Translations under genes and position numbers: made by a program
Notes under the pieces: generated by a model
What the model saw: only the letters and a program-made list of their open reading frames with translations
What the model was told of the DNA's origin: nothing
The model's database searches: none
Origin: Pseudomonadota bacterium
GTDB lineage: Bacteria; Pseudomonadota; Alphaproteobacteria; Rhizobiales; Rhizobiaceae
DNA length: 64,000 nucleotides
Direction of reading: 5' to 3'
NCBI GenBank assembly: GCA_023399465.1
Contig: JAEWPB010000020.1
Location: 22,380 to 86,379 of the forward strand
Part shown: piece by piece, positions 54,290 through 63,404 of the stretch
Layout: the number at the start of each line of letters is the position of its first letter
Position numbering within the stretch: position 1 is the first letter of the stretch

Positions 54290-56368
54290 ATGCGCATCGA
54301 AGGCACGTCAGAGAACCAGAGCACCATGAGCGAAGCTCCTGAAAAAGATCCCCTCGTCCTGTTCATGCCATCCGGCAAGCGCGGCCGCTTTCCGGTCGGC
54401 ACACCGGTCCTCGATGCGGCACGCCAGCTCGGCGTCTATGTCGAAAGCGTGTGCGGCGGACGCGCCACCTGCGGCCGCTGTCAGATCGAGGTGCAGGAAG
54501 GCAATTTCGCCAAGCACAAGATCGTCTCGTCGCTCGACCACATCTCGGAAAAGGGCCCCAAGGAAGAACGCTACGAGAAGATCCGCGGCCTGCCCGAAGG
54601 CCGACGCCTGTCCTGCTCGGCCCAGATCCTGGGCGACCTCGTCGTCGACGTGCCGCAGGATACCGTCATCAATGCGCAGGTGGTCCGCAAGGCGGCGAGC
54701 GATCGCGTCATCGAGCGCAACGCCGCCATCCAGCTCTGCTATGTCGAGGTCGACGAGCCCGACATGCACAAGCCGCTCGGCGATCTCGACCGCCTGAAGG
54801 TCATGCTCGAAAAGGACTGGGGCTTCAAGGACCTGCTGGTCGCACCCCACCTGATCCCGCAGGTGCAGGGCATCCTGCGCAAGGGCAACTGGGGCGTCAC
54901 CGCTGCCATCCATCGCGACATGGATTCCTCTCGTCCGTTCATCGTCGGCCTGTGGCCCGGCCTCAAGAACGAGGCTTACGGCATCGCCTGCGACATCGGC
55001 TCGACGACGATCGCCATGCATCTCGTGTCGCTTTTGTCCGGCCGCATCGTCGGCTCCTCGGGCACCTCGAACCCGCAGATACGCTTCGGCGAGGATCTGA
55101 TGAGCCGCGTTTCCTACGTGATGATGAACCCCGACGGACGCGAGGCCATGACCAAGGCCGTGCGCGAGGCCGTCAACGGGCTGATCGCCAAGGTCTGCGA
55201 GGAAGGCGAAGTCGACCGCCACGACATCCTCGACGCGGTGTTCGTCGCCAACCCGATCATGCACCATCTGTTCCTCGGCATCGATCCGACCGAACTCGGC
55301 CAGGCGCCGTTTGCGCTCGCCGTCTCCGGCGCGCTTCAATACTGGGCCCATGACATCGACATCGAGGTCAATCGCGGCGGCCGCGTCTACATGCTCCCCT
55401 GCATCGCCGGCCATGTCGGCGCCGACGCAGCAGGCGCCACGCTGTCCGAGGGACCCTATCGCCAGGACCAGATGATGCTGCTCGTCGATGTCGGCACCAA
55501 CGCTGAAATCGTGCTCGGCAACAAGGATCGCGTCGTCGCGGCTTCGTCGCCGACCGGCCCCGCCTTCGAGGGCGCGGAAATCTCCTCCGGCCAGCGCGCC
55601 GCCCCCGGCGCCATCGAGCGCGTGCGCATCGATCCGGTGACGCTGGAGCCGCGCTTCCGCGTCATCGGCGTCGACAAGTGGTCGGACGAGGAAGGCTTCT
55701 ACGATGATGCCGCCGCGGTCGGCGTCACCGGAATCTGCGGCTCGGCCGTCATCGAGGTCGTCGCCGAGATGTACCTCGCGGGGATCATCTCGGAAGACGG
55801 CGTCGTCGACGGCGCGATGGCGGCGCGCAGCCCGCGCATCATCGCGAACGGCCGCACCTTCTCCTACCTGCTGCATGACGGCGAGCCGCGCATCACGGTG
55901 ACGCAGAACGACATCCGCGCCATCCAGCTGGCCAAGGCCGCGCTTTACGCCGGCATCAAGCTGTTGATGGAGAAGCAGGGCGTCGAGCATGTCGATACCA
56001 TCCGCTTCGCCGGCGCCTTCGGCTCGTTCATCGATCCGAAATACGCCATGGTGCTCGGCCTCATCCCGGATTGCGATCTCGCCGAGGTCAAGGCGGTCGG
56101 CAACGCCGCCGGCACCGGCGCGCTGATGGCGCTGCTCAACCGCGATCACCGCCGCGAGATCGAAACCGTGGTCAACCGGATCGAAAAGATCGAGACCGCG
56201 CTGGAGCCGAATTTCCAGCAACTCTTCGTCAACGCCATGGCACTGCCGAACAAGGTGGACGCCTTCCCGGAACTCGCCAAGGTCGTCACCCTGCCGGAAC
56301 GCAAGCTCCTCAGCGACGACGGCGGTGGCGAGGGCGGTGGTCGCCGTCGCCGGCGCAGCCGCGAATAG
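54290..56368 (+). CDS. corrinoid reductive activase (RACo-like): [2Fe-2S] ferredoxin domain + ASKHA ATPase domain
   Basis: ORF 54194..56368. The start is ATG 54290 (after GGAGGAG) or ATG 54326. Contains the plant-type ferredoxin motif CGGRATCGRCQIEV and the ASKHA/DUF4445-type core (IACDIGSTTIAMHLV, LLVDVGTNAEIVLG). Confidence 0.8.
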   Translation: MRIEGTSENQSTMSEAPEKDPLVLFMPSGKRGRFPVGTPVLDAARQLGVYVESVCGGRATCGRCQIEVQEGNFAKHKIVSSLDHISEKGPKEERYEKIRGLPEGRRLSCSAQILGDLVVDVPQDTVINAQVVRKAASDRVIERNAAIQLCYVEVDEPDMHKPLGDLDRLKVMLEKDWGFKDLLVAPHLIPQVQGILRKGNWGVTAAIHRDMDSSRPFIVGLWPGLKNEAYGIACDIGSTTIAMHLVSLLSGRIVGSSGTSNPQIRFGEDLMSRVSYVMMNPDGREAMTKAVREAVNGLIAKVCEEGEVDRHDILDAVFVANPIMHHLFLGIDPTELGQAPFALAVSGALQYWAHDIDIEVNRGGRVYMLPCIAGHVGADAAGATLSEGPYRQDQMMLLVDVGTNAEIVLGNKDRVVAASSPTGPAFEGAEISSGQRAAPGAIERVRIDPVTLEPRFRVIGVDKWSDEEGFYDDAAAVGVTGICGSAVIEVVAEMYLAGIISEDGVVDGAMAARSPRIIANGRTFSYLLHDGEPRITVTQNDIRAIQLAKAALYAGIKLLMEKQGVEHVDTIRFAGAFGSFIDPKYAMVLGLIPDCDLAEVKAVGNAAGTGALMALLNRDHRREIETVVNRIEKIETALEPNFQQLFVNAMALPNKVDAFPELAKVVTLPERKLLSDDGGGEGGGRRRRRSRE

Positions 56369-56385
56369 TCGTCTGGCAAGATACG

Positions 56386-56419
56386 AAAAGGCCTGCGCCC
56401 CAGCCGGGACGCAGGCCTT
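56386..56419. terminator. bidirectional terminator hairpin between the RACo-like gene and the LysR gene
   Basis: The hairpin is AAAGGCCTGCG-N12-CGCAGGCCTTT. On the minus strand it is followed by TTTTCGTATCTT. Confidence 0.6.
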
Positions 56420-56439
56420 TCAGATAAGATTGCGGGATA

Positions 56440-57333
56440 TCAGGCCGCGAGCGCCATCTCGCCGAAAGCTTCGCGGATGCTCTCCGCAACGATCCTGACC
56501 GGATCGGAAAACTTCTGCGGCGTCAGCAGGCGAATGTCGAAGCCGCCGAGTTCGGGCAAGCCATCGCGTTCGCCGAGAATCCGCATCTCATCGGTGACAT
56601 AGGACCGCGGCATGGGTGCCACCGCCAGGTCCGAGATGACCGCCGCGCGCTGGGCCATGGTATGGCCGCTGAGATAGGCAACCCGGTAGGCGCGCTTGCT
56701 CTTTTCCAGTTGCGCCAGAGCTTCGCTGCGCCAGATGCAGCCCTCCTCCCAGATCGAGATCGGCAGCGGGTCCTTGCGATGCGCGGTGCCGCATTTCGCT
56801 CCCACCCACACGAGCCGCTCGCGGAAGACCACTTCCCCGCCCGACGGCACTGACCGGCTGGCGCAATTGATCAGGGCCAGGTCGAGGCGCTGCTCCTCCA
56901 TCCGCCGGCGGAGGCCCGCGCTCATGTCGATGGTCACGTCGACGGTGATCCCCGGGCAGATGTCGGCAAACCGCCTGAGAACGCTCGGCAGCAGCCGCTC
57001 GCCGATATCTTCCGGCGCGCCAAGGCGCACGACGCCGCTCAGTTCGGGAATGATGAAGCGCGATACCGCCTCGTTCGACAATTGCAGCATCCGCCGCGCA
57101 TAGGAGAGCAGGACTTCACCGCCCTGGGTCAGCGTGACCGAACGCGCGTCGCGCAGGAACAGCACGGTGTTCAGCTGCTCCTCAAGCTTCTTGATCTGCA
57201 TGGAAACCGCCGAGGGCGTACGATAGACCGCCTCCGCCGCGGTGGAGAAATTGCCGGTCTCCGCAATCGCCACGAAGGTCCTGAGAACGTCGTTGTCGAG
57301 CAGAGGCAAGGGCTGGCGAAAGGTGACGGTCAT
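56440..57333 (-). CDS. LysR-family transcriptional regulator
   Basis: ORF 56440..57414, with the ATG at 57333. Contains the N-terminal wHTH LRTFVAIAETGNFSTAAEAVYRTPSAVSMQIKKLEEQL. Confidence 0.85.
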   Translation of the reverse strand: MTVTFRQPLPLLDNDVLRTFVAIAETGNFSTAAEAVYRTPSAVSMQIKKLEEQLNTVLFLRDARSVTLTQGGEVLLSYARRMLQLSNEAVSRFIIPELSGVVRLGAPEDIGERLLPSVLRRFADICPGITVDVTIDMSAGLRRRMEEQRLDLALINCASRSVPSGGEVVFRERLVWVGAKCGTAHRKDPLPISIWEEGCIWRSEALAQLEKSKRAYRVAYLSGHTMAQRAAVISDLAVAPMPRSYVTDEMRILGERDGLPELGGFDIRLLTPQKFSDPVRIVAESIREAFGEMALAA

Positions 57334-57452
57334 GGCGCTATCTTTCACTTTTATTGATCCTATGCACCATATCATTTCATTTGATTGAAAGTCAATTCGG
57401 ACGGACAATGGCAATCATCGAAGCAGATCGGAAGCGTGGAAGGAGAATTGCA

Positions 57453-57668
57453 ATGCCGTTCATGCCACATCTGTTCGACGGTACTCATCGCCCCGGCCTG
57501 ATCGAGACGATGCGTGCCGAACGGGCAAGGCGAAGCGTCGCGAGCGAAATCGCGCGCTTGCCCGACGCCATCCGCAGCGACGTCGGCATGTCAGGAGAAG
57601 CACTTCCCGATGCCAAAATCGACGGATGGAGTTACGCAGCAACTCTTTCCATGCATCACCAAAGTTGA
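57453..57668 (+). CDS. small DUF1127-like protein (71 aa)
   Basis: ORF 57354..57668, with the ATG at 57453 after AGGAGA. The Arg-rich segment followed by EIARLPDAIRSDVGMS resembles the DUF1127 core. Confidence 0.5.
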   Translation: MPFMPHLFDGTHRPGLIETMRAERARRSVASEIARLPDAIRSDVGMSGEALPDAKIDGWSYAATLSMHHQS

Positions 57669-57766
57669 TCGAAGCCATAAAATCTATTCTCTTGAGTGAT
57701 ATCAAGTACAGGAGCATAGATCGACTGGATCAGACACGGCTTCGCTACAGGCGAGAGGATACGACA

Positions 57767-57958
57767 ATGGCAACTCGTGCACATCACTCGGGCAATTCGT
57801 CGAAATTTATCTGGTCGACAGGCGGAATCGCATCGCGCGTGGCGACGCACTGGCGTCGCTGGCGTACCCAGCGGATGATCGAGAACCTCCCGGCCGACAT
57901 CCGCAAGGATATCGGATGGCCGACCAGCGACGCGGACGACCGTCACCAGCAGTTTTGA
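57767..57958 (+). CDS. small DUF1127-domain protein (63 aa)
   Basis: ORF 57626..57958, with the ATG at 57767 after AGAGGA. WRRWRTQRMIENLPADIRKDIGWP matches the DUF1127 pattern (basic helix, then L-x-D-x-x-L-x-D-I-G). Confidence 0.65.
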   Translation: MATRAHHSGNSSKFIWSTGGIASRVATHWRRWRTQRMIENLPADIRKDIGWPTSDADDRHQQF

Positions 57959-57980
57959 CGGAAGAACAATTGCACAACGA

Positions 57981-58019
57981 GGGCGATGGCGCCTGGCAAA
58001 GAGCCAGACGCCATCGCCC
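57981..58019 (+). terminator. long hairpin after the DUF1127 gene (GGGCGATGGCG..CTGGC-N5-GCCAG..CGCCATCGCCC), no T-run
   Basis: An inverted repeat of 11+5 bp read directly, 23 nt after the stop at 57958. Confidence 0.4.
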
Positions 58020-58237
58020 CTGATCTCGCATTGCACAATTAGTATTATTTCTCAATCAGTTGCAGAAACAATACCAACTACGGCCGCAGTGGTCGCCGCC
58101 ATGCTGCGACCGTCATTGGCGCAAGCTGAATTTGCCCCTCACAGACGCAATTTGCCATGCAAATGTCGCATTTGGAACACCGAATATGGTTGTTCCAAGA
58201 GAGGATCACCTACCCTCCTCGAGCATGGGCAACCCAC

Positions 58238-59257
58238 ATGAGCAAAGCGCCTGCCAAGAAACGTTCCCTGGTCTTCTTCCTCGTTCCGCATTTTTCCATG
58301 CTGCCCTTTTCCGCGGCAATTGAAACCTTGCGCATTGCCAACCGCATGCTCGGCTACAACGCCTATGAATGGCGCCTGGCGTCGGTCGATGGCCAGAAGA
58401 TCAATTCCTCGAGCGGTATCAGCATCGAGGTCAATTCGTCGCTTGCCGAGGAGCGGCGCTATCTTGGCGGCGAAAATCGCCCGAACATGGTGCTCGTCTG
58501 TTCGGGGGTCTATGTCGAGGAATTCAACAACAAGTCGGTCAATGCCTGGCTGCGCGAGGTCTACAACCGCGGCGTCGCCGTCGGCAGCCTCTGTACCGGC
58601 GCCCATATCCTGGCCCAGGCCGGCCTCCTGAACGGCAAGCGCTGCGCCATCCACTGGGAAAACCTTCCGGGCTTTGCCGAAGCCTTCCCGCAGGCCGAGG
58701 TCTATGCCGATCTCTACGAGGTCGACAGCAATCTCTACACCTGCGCCGGCGGCACCGCTTCGCTCGACATGATGCTGAACCTGATCGGCCAGGATTTCGG
58801 CGAGAACCTCGTCAACAGGATCTGCGAACAGGCGCTCACCGATCGCGTCCGCAGCGCCAACGACCGCCAGCGCCTGCCGCTTCGCGCCCGCCTCGGCGTC
58901 CAGAATTCCAAGGTGCTGTCGATCATCGAACTGATGGAGAGCAATCTCGCCGAGCCGTTGTCGCTGCTCGAGATCGCTGATAGCGCCGGCCTTTCGCGCC
59001 GCCAGATCGAGCGCCTGTTCCGCCAGGAGATGGGACGCTCCCCTGCCCGATACTATCTCGAGATCCGGCTCGACCGCGCCCGCCACCTTCTCGTCCAGTC
59101 GGCAATGCCGGTGGTCGAAGTCGCGGTCGCCTGCGGCTTCGTCTCGGCCTCGCATTTTTCCAAGTGTTATCGCGAACTGTACAACCGCTCGCCGCAGCAG
59201 GAACGCGCAGAACGCAAGATCACGATGGCGACGGCACGGACTGGCGTCGTCGTCTGA
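58238..59257 (+). CDS. GlxA-family (DJ-1/PfpI + AraC HTH) transcriptional regulator, GbdR/CdhR-like architecture
   Basis: ORF 58157..59257, with the ATG at 58238. The N-terminal domain has SLVFFLVPHFSMLPFSAAIETLRIAN and SLCTGAHILAQAGLLNGKRCAIHWE. The C-terminal AraC HTH has LSLLEIADSAGLSRRQIERLFRQEMGRSPARYY. Confidence 0.8.
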   Translation: MSKAPAKKRSLVFFLVPHFSMLPFSAAIETLRIANRMLGYNAYEWRLASVDGQKINSSSGISIEVNSSLAEERRYLGGENRPNMVLVCSGVYVEEFNNKSVNAWLREVYNRGVAVGSLCTGAHILAQAGLLNGKRCAIHWENLPGFAEAFPQAEVYADLYEVDSNLYTCAGGTASLDMMLNLIGQDFGENLVNRICEQALTDRVRSANDRQRLPLRARLGVQNSKVLSIIELMESNLAEPLSLLEIADSAGLSRRQIERLFRQEMGRSPARYYLEIRLDRARHLLVQSAMPVVEVAVACGFVSASHFSKCYRELYNRSPQQERAERKITMATARTGVVV

Positions 59258-59321
59258 GCCGTATCGATGAGACATGGCCGACCTCCGGCGAGGTCGGCTT
59301 CGAAAACGAAGAAAGCCGCGG

Positions 59322-59351
59322 CATTGCACCGCGGCTTTTTTCGTAGGTTGC
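59322..59351. terminator. intrinsic terminator between convergent glxA-like and response-regulator genes
   Basis: The hairpin AAGCCGCGG-cattgca-CCGCGGCTT is followed by TTTTTT on the plus strand. Confidence 0.7.
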
Positions 59352-59360
59352 GTCAGCTGT

Positions 59361-60197
59361 TCAGGCCCGGGCGGCGCGCACACGCTGCGCCGACTTTATC
59401 TGCACCAGCGTGTCGAGGTTCTGGTTCACCCGGCAGTAGAATTCCTCGTCGATGAACGGCCGCAGCATGAAGTCGTTGCCGCCGGCCTTGAGGAAACGTG
59501 CCGACAGCAGGCGGTCGGTCGACGACGAAACGCCGATGATGCGCAGCTCGTGCGAACCGATCTGGGCGGCGCGAATGCGGCGCGTCAGCTCGAAGCCGTC
59601 GATGTCGGGCATGTTGTAGTCGGTGATCATCAGGCCGATGTCACGGTTCGCCTTCAGGATTTCCAGTGCCTTGGCGCCGTTCTCCGCCGTGGAGACGCGG
59701 AAATTGTAGCGCTTCAGGCGGCTCGACAGCAGCGCCCTCGCGGTGGCGCTGTCATCGACGATCAGCACGTGGTGGCGTTCGTTGGTCAGGAACCGGCAGA
59801 CGGACTCGGCAAGCAGATCGACCGCGTAGATGTTGTCCTTGATGATGTAGTCGACGATTTCCTTCGACAGCAACTGGTCGCGCGTGCCCTCGTGGAAGGT
59901 TCCGGTGAAGACGATCGTCGGGACGCTGAGGTCGAGGAGGTATTCGAGTGCCTCTCCCTTCTCGGCGCCGGGGAGGTTAATGTTCGAGATCGCAAGTGTA
60001 ATCGGCTCGCTCGACTTGTCATAGGCAAGCTGCAGGTCATCGAAACTGCGGCAAATCTCGACGTCGATATTAAAGAGTTCCTTCATCCGCGTTCCGATCA
60101 TCGACGTGAACACGTTGGAATCTTCCGCGACAAGGATACGGGGGTGTCCGAGGGTTTCGCCGGAGTACAGCATTCCGGAAATGCCAAGAAAGTTCAT
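59361..60197 (-). CDS. response regulator with two receiver domains and no output domain
   Basis: 278 aa. In REC1 (ILVAEDS...LAISNINLPG...IVFTG...YIIKD) the phospho-acceptor position is Asn. REC2 (VLIVDDS...LMITDYNMPDIDG...GVSSS...FMLRPF) has the Asp, but Arg replaces the conserved Lys. Confidence 0.8.
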   Translation of the reverse strand: MNFLGISGMLYSGETLGHPRILVAEDSNVFTSMIGTRMKELFNIDVEICRSFDDLQLAYDKSSEPITLAISNINLPGAEKGEALEYLLDLSVPTIVFTGTFHEGTRDQLLSKEIVDYIIKDNIYAVDLLAESVCRFLTNERHHVLIVDDSATARALLSSRLKRYNFRVSTAENGAKALEILKANRDIGLMITDYNMPDIDGFELTRRIRAAQIGSHELRIIGVSSSTDRLLSARFLKAGGNDFMLRPFIDEEFYCRVNQNLDTLVQIKSAQRVRAARA

Positions 60198-60408
60198 GAC
60201 CTGCCTACACTTTTGAATATACAGGTCTTTCTAGGACGGAACCATTTTCCGAATGATTAACTTCGCGCCTATCTTTGCACGCCGGCAAAAGATGTCTTCG
60301 AACCGGCATTCTCGTCCATCCCGGCCGGCCCGGGAGGTGCGCCAACGCCACGTCGGCAGGCAGAAGCTGCACTTTGCACCGGCAGTCGCGGATGAAGCCG
60401 TCCGCGCT

Positions 60409-60672
60409 TCAATCGATCTCGCCCGCGCCGTTGACGATCCTGATGACCTCGCTGCCTTCGAGCCCTATCCTGTCGCCGTTGGGGAAGGTGATGAAGCAGC
60501 CGGAGGGACAGATGTACTCGGTGGTGCCCGCATCGATCGTCACTTCCGCGCGCTTGCCGTTCGCAACGATGACCACCACGACCGAGCCCTTGTCCGTATT
60601 GGTGACCATCGCCGCCGGGGCGGCGGTTGCTGCCGAAATCGCAACCAGCATTGCGAATACAAGTCGTCGCAT
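60409..60672 (-). CDS. small exported hypothetical protein
   Basis: ORF 60409..60687, starting at ATG 60672 or 60687. It has the signal peptide MRRLVFAMLVAISAATAAPAA followed by a beta-rich mature part with two Cys (YICPSGCF). Confidence 0.5.
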   Translation of the reverse strand: MRRLVFAMLVAISAATAAPAAMVTNTDKGSVVVVIVANGKRAEVTIDAGTTEYICPSGCFITFPNGDRIGLEGSEVIRIVNGAGEID

Positions 60673-60778
60673 CGCGCTGCGGCGCAAATGCGCCGCTCCC
60701 TGCTTGCGGACGAGATCCCGTCTGTCAGCCCGGGCCGGGATCGAAATTGCGCCCCGGGCAACATGTGCTGATGCCCGC

Positions 60779-63313
60779 TCAGGCCTTCAGTGTGCCATCC
60801 TCCCCGACCGACCGCAACGTCTCCGTCCCCTTTTTGCGGGTACCGGAACCGCTGGCCCTCAGGCCCTCGGCAACATGTTCGGTGGAAAGCGTCGTGCTGC
60901 CGTCTTCGACGCGAACCGTGAGGCTGCGATGCGGGAACGGAATCTCGATCCCTTCCGCCTTGAAGCGTTCGAAGATCGCGACGCGCACCTCGTTTCGCAC
61001 CGGCAGTGCATCGAAGAGGTCGGGCAGGAAGAAGCGCAGCTCGAAATCGAGGGAAGAGTCGCCGAAGCGGAGGAACTCCACAACCGGCGCCGGGTTCTTC
61101 AGGATCTGCGGATTGCTGTTGGCGATCTCAAGCAGGATGCTCATGACCTGGCGGGGATCGGCGTCATAGCTGGCGGAAATCGGGATTTCCGAACGGCCGA
61201 GCCGGTTGCGGTGCGTCCAGTTGCCGACCGAGGCGTTGATCAGTTCCGAGTTCGGCACGATGATCGACTGGCGACGGAAAGTCTCGATTTCGGTCGCACG
61301 AACGGAGATGCGCTTGACCAGGCCCTCGGTGGTGCCGGTGACCACCCAGTCGCCCACCTTGAATGGCCGCTCGACCAGAAGGATCAGGCCGGAGACGAAG
61401 TTCGAGACGATATTCTGCAGGCCGAAACCGATACCGAGCGAGAGAGCACCGGCAACGAGCGCCAGGCTGGACAGATTGAGCCCGGCCGCCGAAATGCCGA
61501 TCAGGCCGGCGACCGCGATCCCGAGATAGCCGATGCCGGTCTTGACCGAGTTGCGAACACCCGCATCGACATGCGAACGCGCCATGATATTGCTGTCGAG
61601 CCATTTCTGGAACCAGCGCGTGCCGATGATACCGACACCGAAGAGCAGCAGGCCGCTCAGGATCCCGACCAGCGATATGGAAATGCTGCCGATCGAGATT
61701 TCGGTGAACAGGCGGATCGCCCATTGCTCGAGGTCCTTGAGCTGGAAGCCCCAGGTCAGGAGGATCAGCGGGAGGCCGGTCGCGAAGGCGATCACGTAGA
61801 TACCTAGACCGGCAACGAGACCGGCCTGGTCGATTGCAACCGGGCCAAGATTGAGCTTGCGGCGCAGATACTGCCCGAACTGGGTATCCGCGAAGCTGTC
61901 CTGTTTCGAAACCGCCTTTCCGGAGAGCACGCCGATATAGATCGTGGCCAGCACCGCGCCGGTCATCACGATCTGGGTAGCGGCGAACCGCGCAAGGCCG
62001 ATATAACCGATCAGGGCCGCGATGATCAGCGCGATCCCGGCCAGCTGCAGCACCACCCGCAGCCAGCGCGGCCACGGCAGGCCGGTATCTTCAGGATCGC
62101 CGGACGTGTTGAGGATCGGCTTGGCAAACGAGACGATGATCAGGATCGAACCGATGATCAGCGAGGCGATCAGGCTCTTGATGACGGTCAGCACCACCGG
62201 CGAGCCGAGCATGACCGAAATGGCGCCGAGCACATAGTCGAAGCTGTTCACCACCGCCATGGCGATCACCGCCGCCGCCAGGATGCGCGCGCCGTGATTG
62301 GAGATGCGCACCAGACGCCAGCTCGGCTCCCAGGGCGTGAGCACCGCCAGCGTCAGCTTCGAGACGAAATAGACGATGCCGATGAAGCCGAAGGTGGCGA
62401 GCACGAATGGCACGATGTCGGTGCGAAGCACACCGAACGTGTCCATGAAGAAAAACGATGCCGTCAGGAAGGCGATCAGCGACGCCGTCTGGATGATCGT
62501 CGACCAGAAGGCGACGGAAAGACGGGTTATGTAGGGCGGATTGGCAACATTCCTGTCGCGTCTGATATAGGATCCGAACAAGCGGTAGCCGCCGGCAAGG
62601 AAGACCAGGGCCGCAGCCAGCGACAGGAACACCGTTACGACGAGCGGGATGCGCTTGAACTTCCAGACGAAGGTCGTCCATCCGCCGATGGTCTGCTGGA
62701 ACAGCTCGGCTTCGTGCGCGATCGATCTCGCTCCCTCCCTCAGCGTATCGAACGACACGGCCGTGCGGTCGAACAGCCTGTCGGTAAAGAGCTGGCGACG
62801 GATCTCGGTGATTTCGTTGGAGAATGCGGTGATCTCGATCGACAGGTTTTCAGCCTCGCCGATGACGGCGTTGATTTCGGCACGCTCGGCGATCAGCCGG
62901 TTGCGCTCCTCGGTGACGATCGGTGCTTCCTCCGGTTGCCCCTCCTTCGGCGGCTCGCCGAGTTCGACAAGGCGGCTCTTGATCTCATCCGCTCGCGGCC
63001 GCAGTGCGACGGTCGCCTTGATGACGTTGCGTCCGACCTCGTCCACCTTGCCCTTGATGTCGACCAGCCGCAGGTCGTCGTCCCTGGACTCCTCGACCTG
63101 CTTGCGGAACTCGGCGATCTGCTCGCGCTCCTTGGCAATCTCCTGGGCGGCCTGATCGGAAAGGCTCTGCTGCGCGGACAGCGCCGCCGGATCCTGCGCA
63201 TGAACCGGATGGGCAATTCCCCCGACCATGGCGAAAGCCATCGTCAGACAAAACACCAACATTGCCAGATACCGGATTACGGGAGTGTCACTGCGCAAGA
63301 AATTGCCCTTCAT
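60779..63313 (-). CDS. large mechanosensitive channel of the MscS/MscK (KefA-like) family
   Basis: 844 aa. It has a signal peptide, a long coiled-coil periplasmic region and multiple TM helices. The C-terminal MscS core has GLILLVERPFKVGDWV...GLVKRISVRATEIETF. Confidence 0.8.
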   Translation of the reverse strand: MKGNFLRSDTPVIRYLAMLVFCLTMAFAMVGGIAHPVHAQDPAALSAQQSLSDQAAQEIAKEREQIAEFRKQVEESRDDDLRLVDIKGKVDEVGRNVIKATVALRPRADEIKSRLVELGEPPKEGQPEEAPIVTEERNRLIAERAEINAVIGEAENLSIEITAFSNEITEIRRQLFTDRLFDRTAVSFDTLREGARSIAHEAELFQQTIGGWTTFVWKFKRIPLVVTVFLSLAAALVFLAGGYRLFGSYIRRDRNVANPPYITRLSVAFWSTIIQTASLIAFLTASFFFMDTFGVLRTDIVPFVLATFGFIGIVYFVSKLTLAVLTPWEPSWRLVRISNHGARILAAAVIAMAVVNSFDYVLGAISVMLGSPVVLTVIKSLIASLIIGSILIIVSFAKPILNTSGDPEDTGLPWPRWLRVVLQLAGIALIIAALIGYIGLARFAATQIVMTGAVLATIYIGVLSGKAVSKQDSFADTQFGQYLRRKLNLGPVAIDQAGLVAGLGIYVIAFATGLPLILLTWGFQLKDLEQWAIRLFTEISIGSISISLVGILSGLLLFGVGIIGTRWFQKWLDSNIMARSHVDAGVRNSVKTGIGYLGIAVAGLIGISAAGLNLSSLALVAGALSLGIGFGLQNIVSNFVSGLILLVERPFKVGDWVVTGTTEGLVKRISVRATEIETFRRQSIIVPNSELINASVGNWTHRNRLGRSEIPISASYDADPRQVMSILLEIANSNPQILKNPAPVVEFLRFGDSSLDFELRFFLPDLFDALPVRNEVRVAIFERFKAEGIEIPFPHRSLTVRVEDGSTTLSTEHVAEGLRASGSGTRKKGTETLRSVGEDGTLKA

Positions 63314-63404
63314 GCCTGATTGAATTGCGTGAACAGATCATAGGTCCGCGTCTTTCTAAACGAAAGCAAGGCGAGAGAAAGGCGATTCCCGCACGACTTT
63401 CCAT

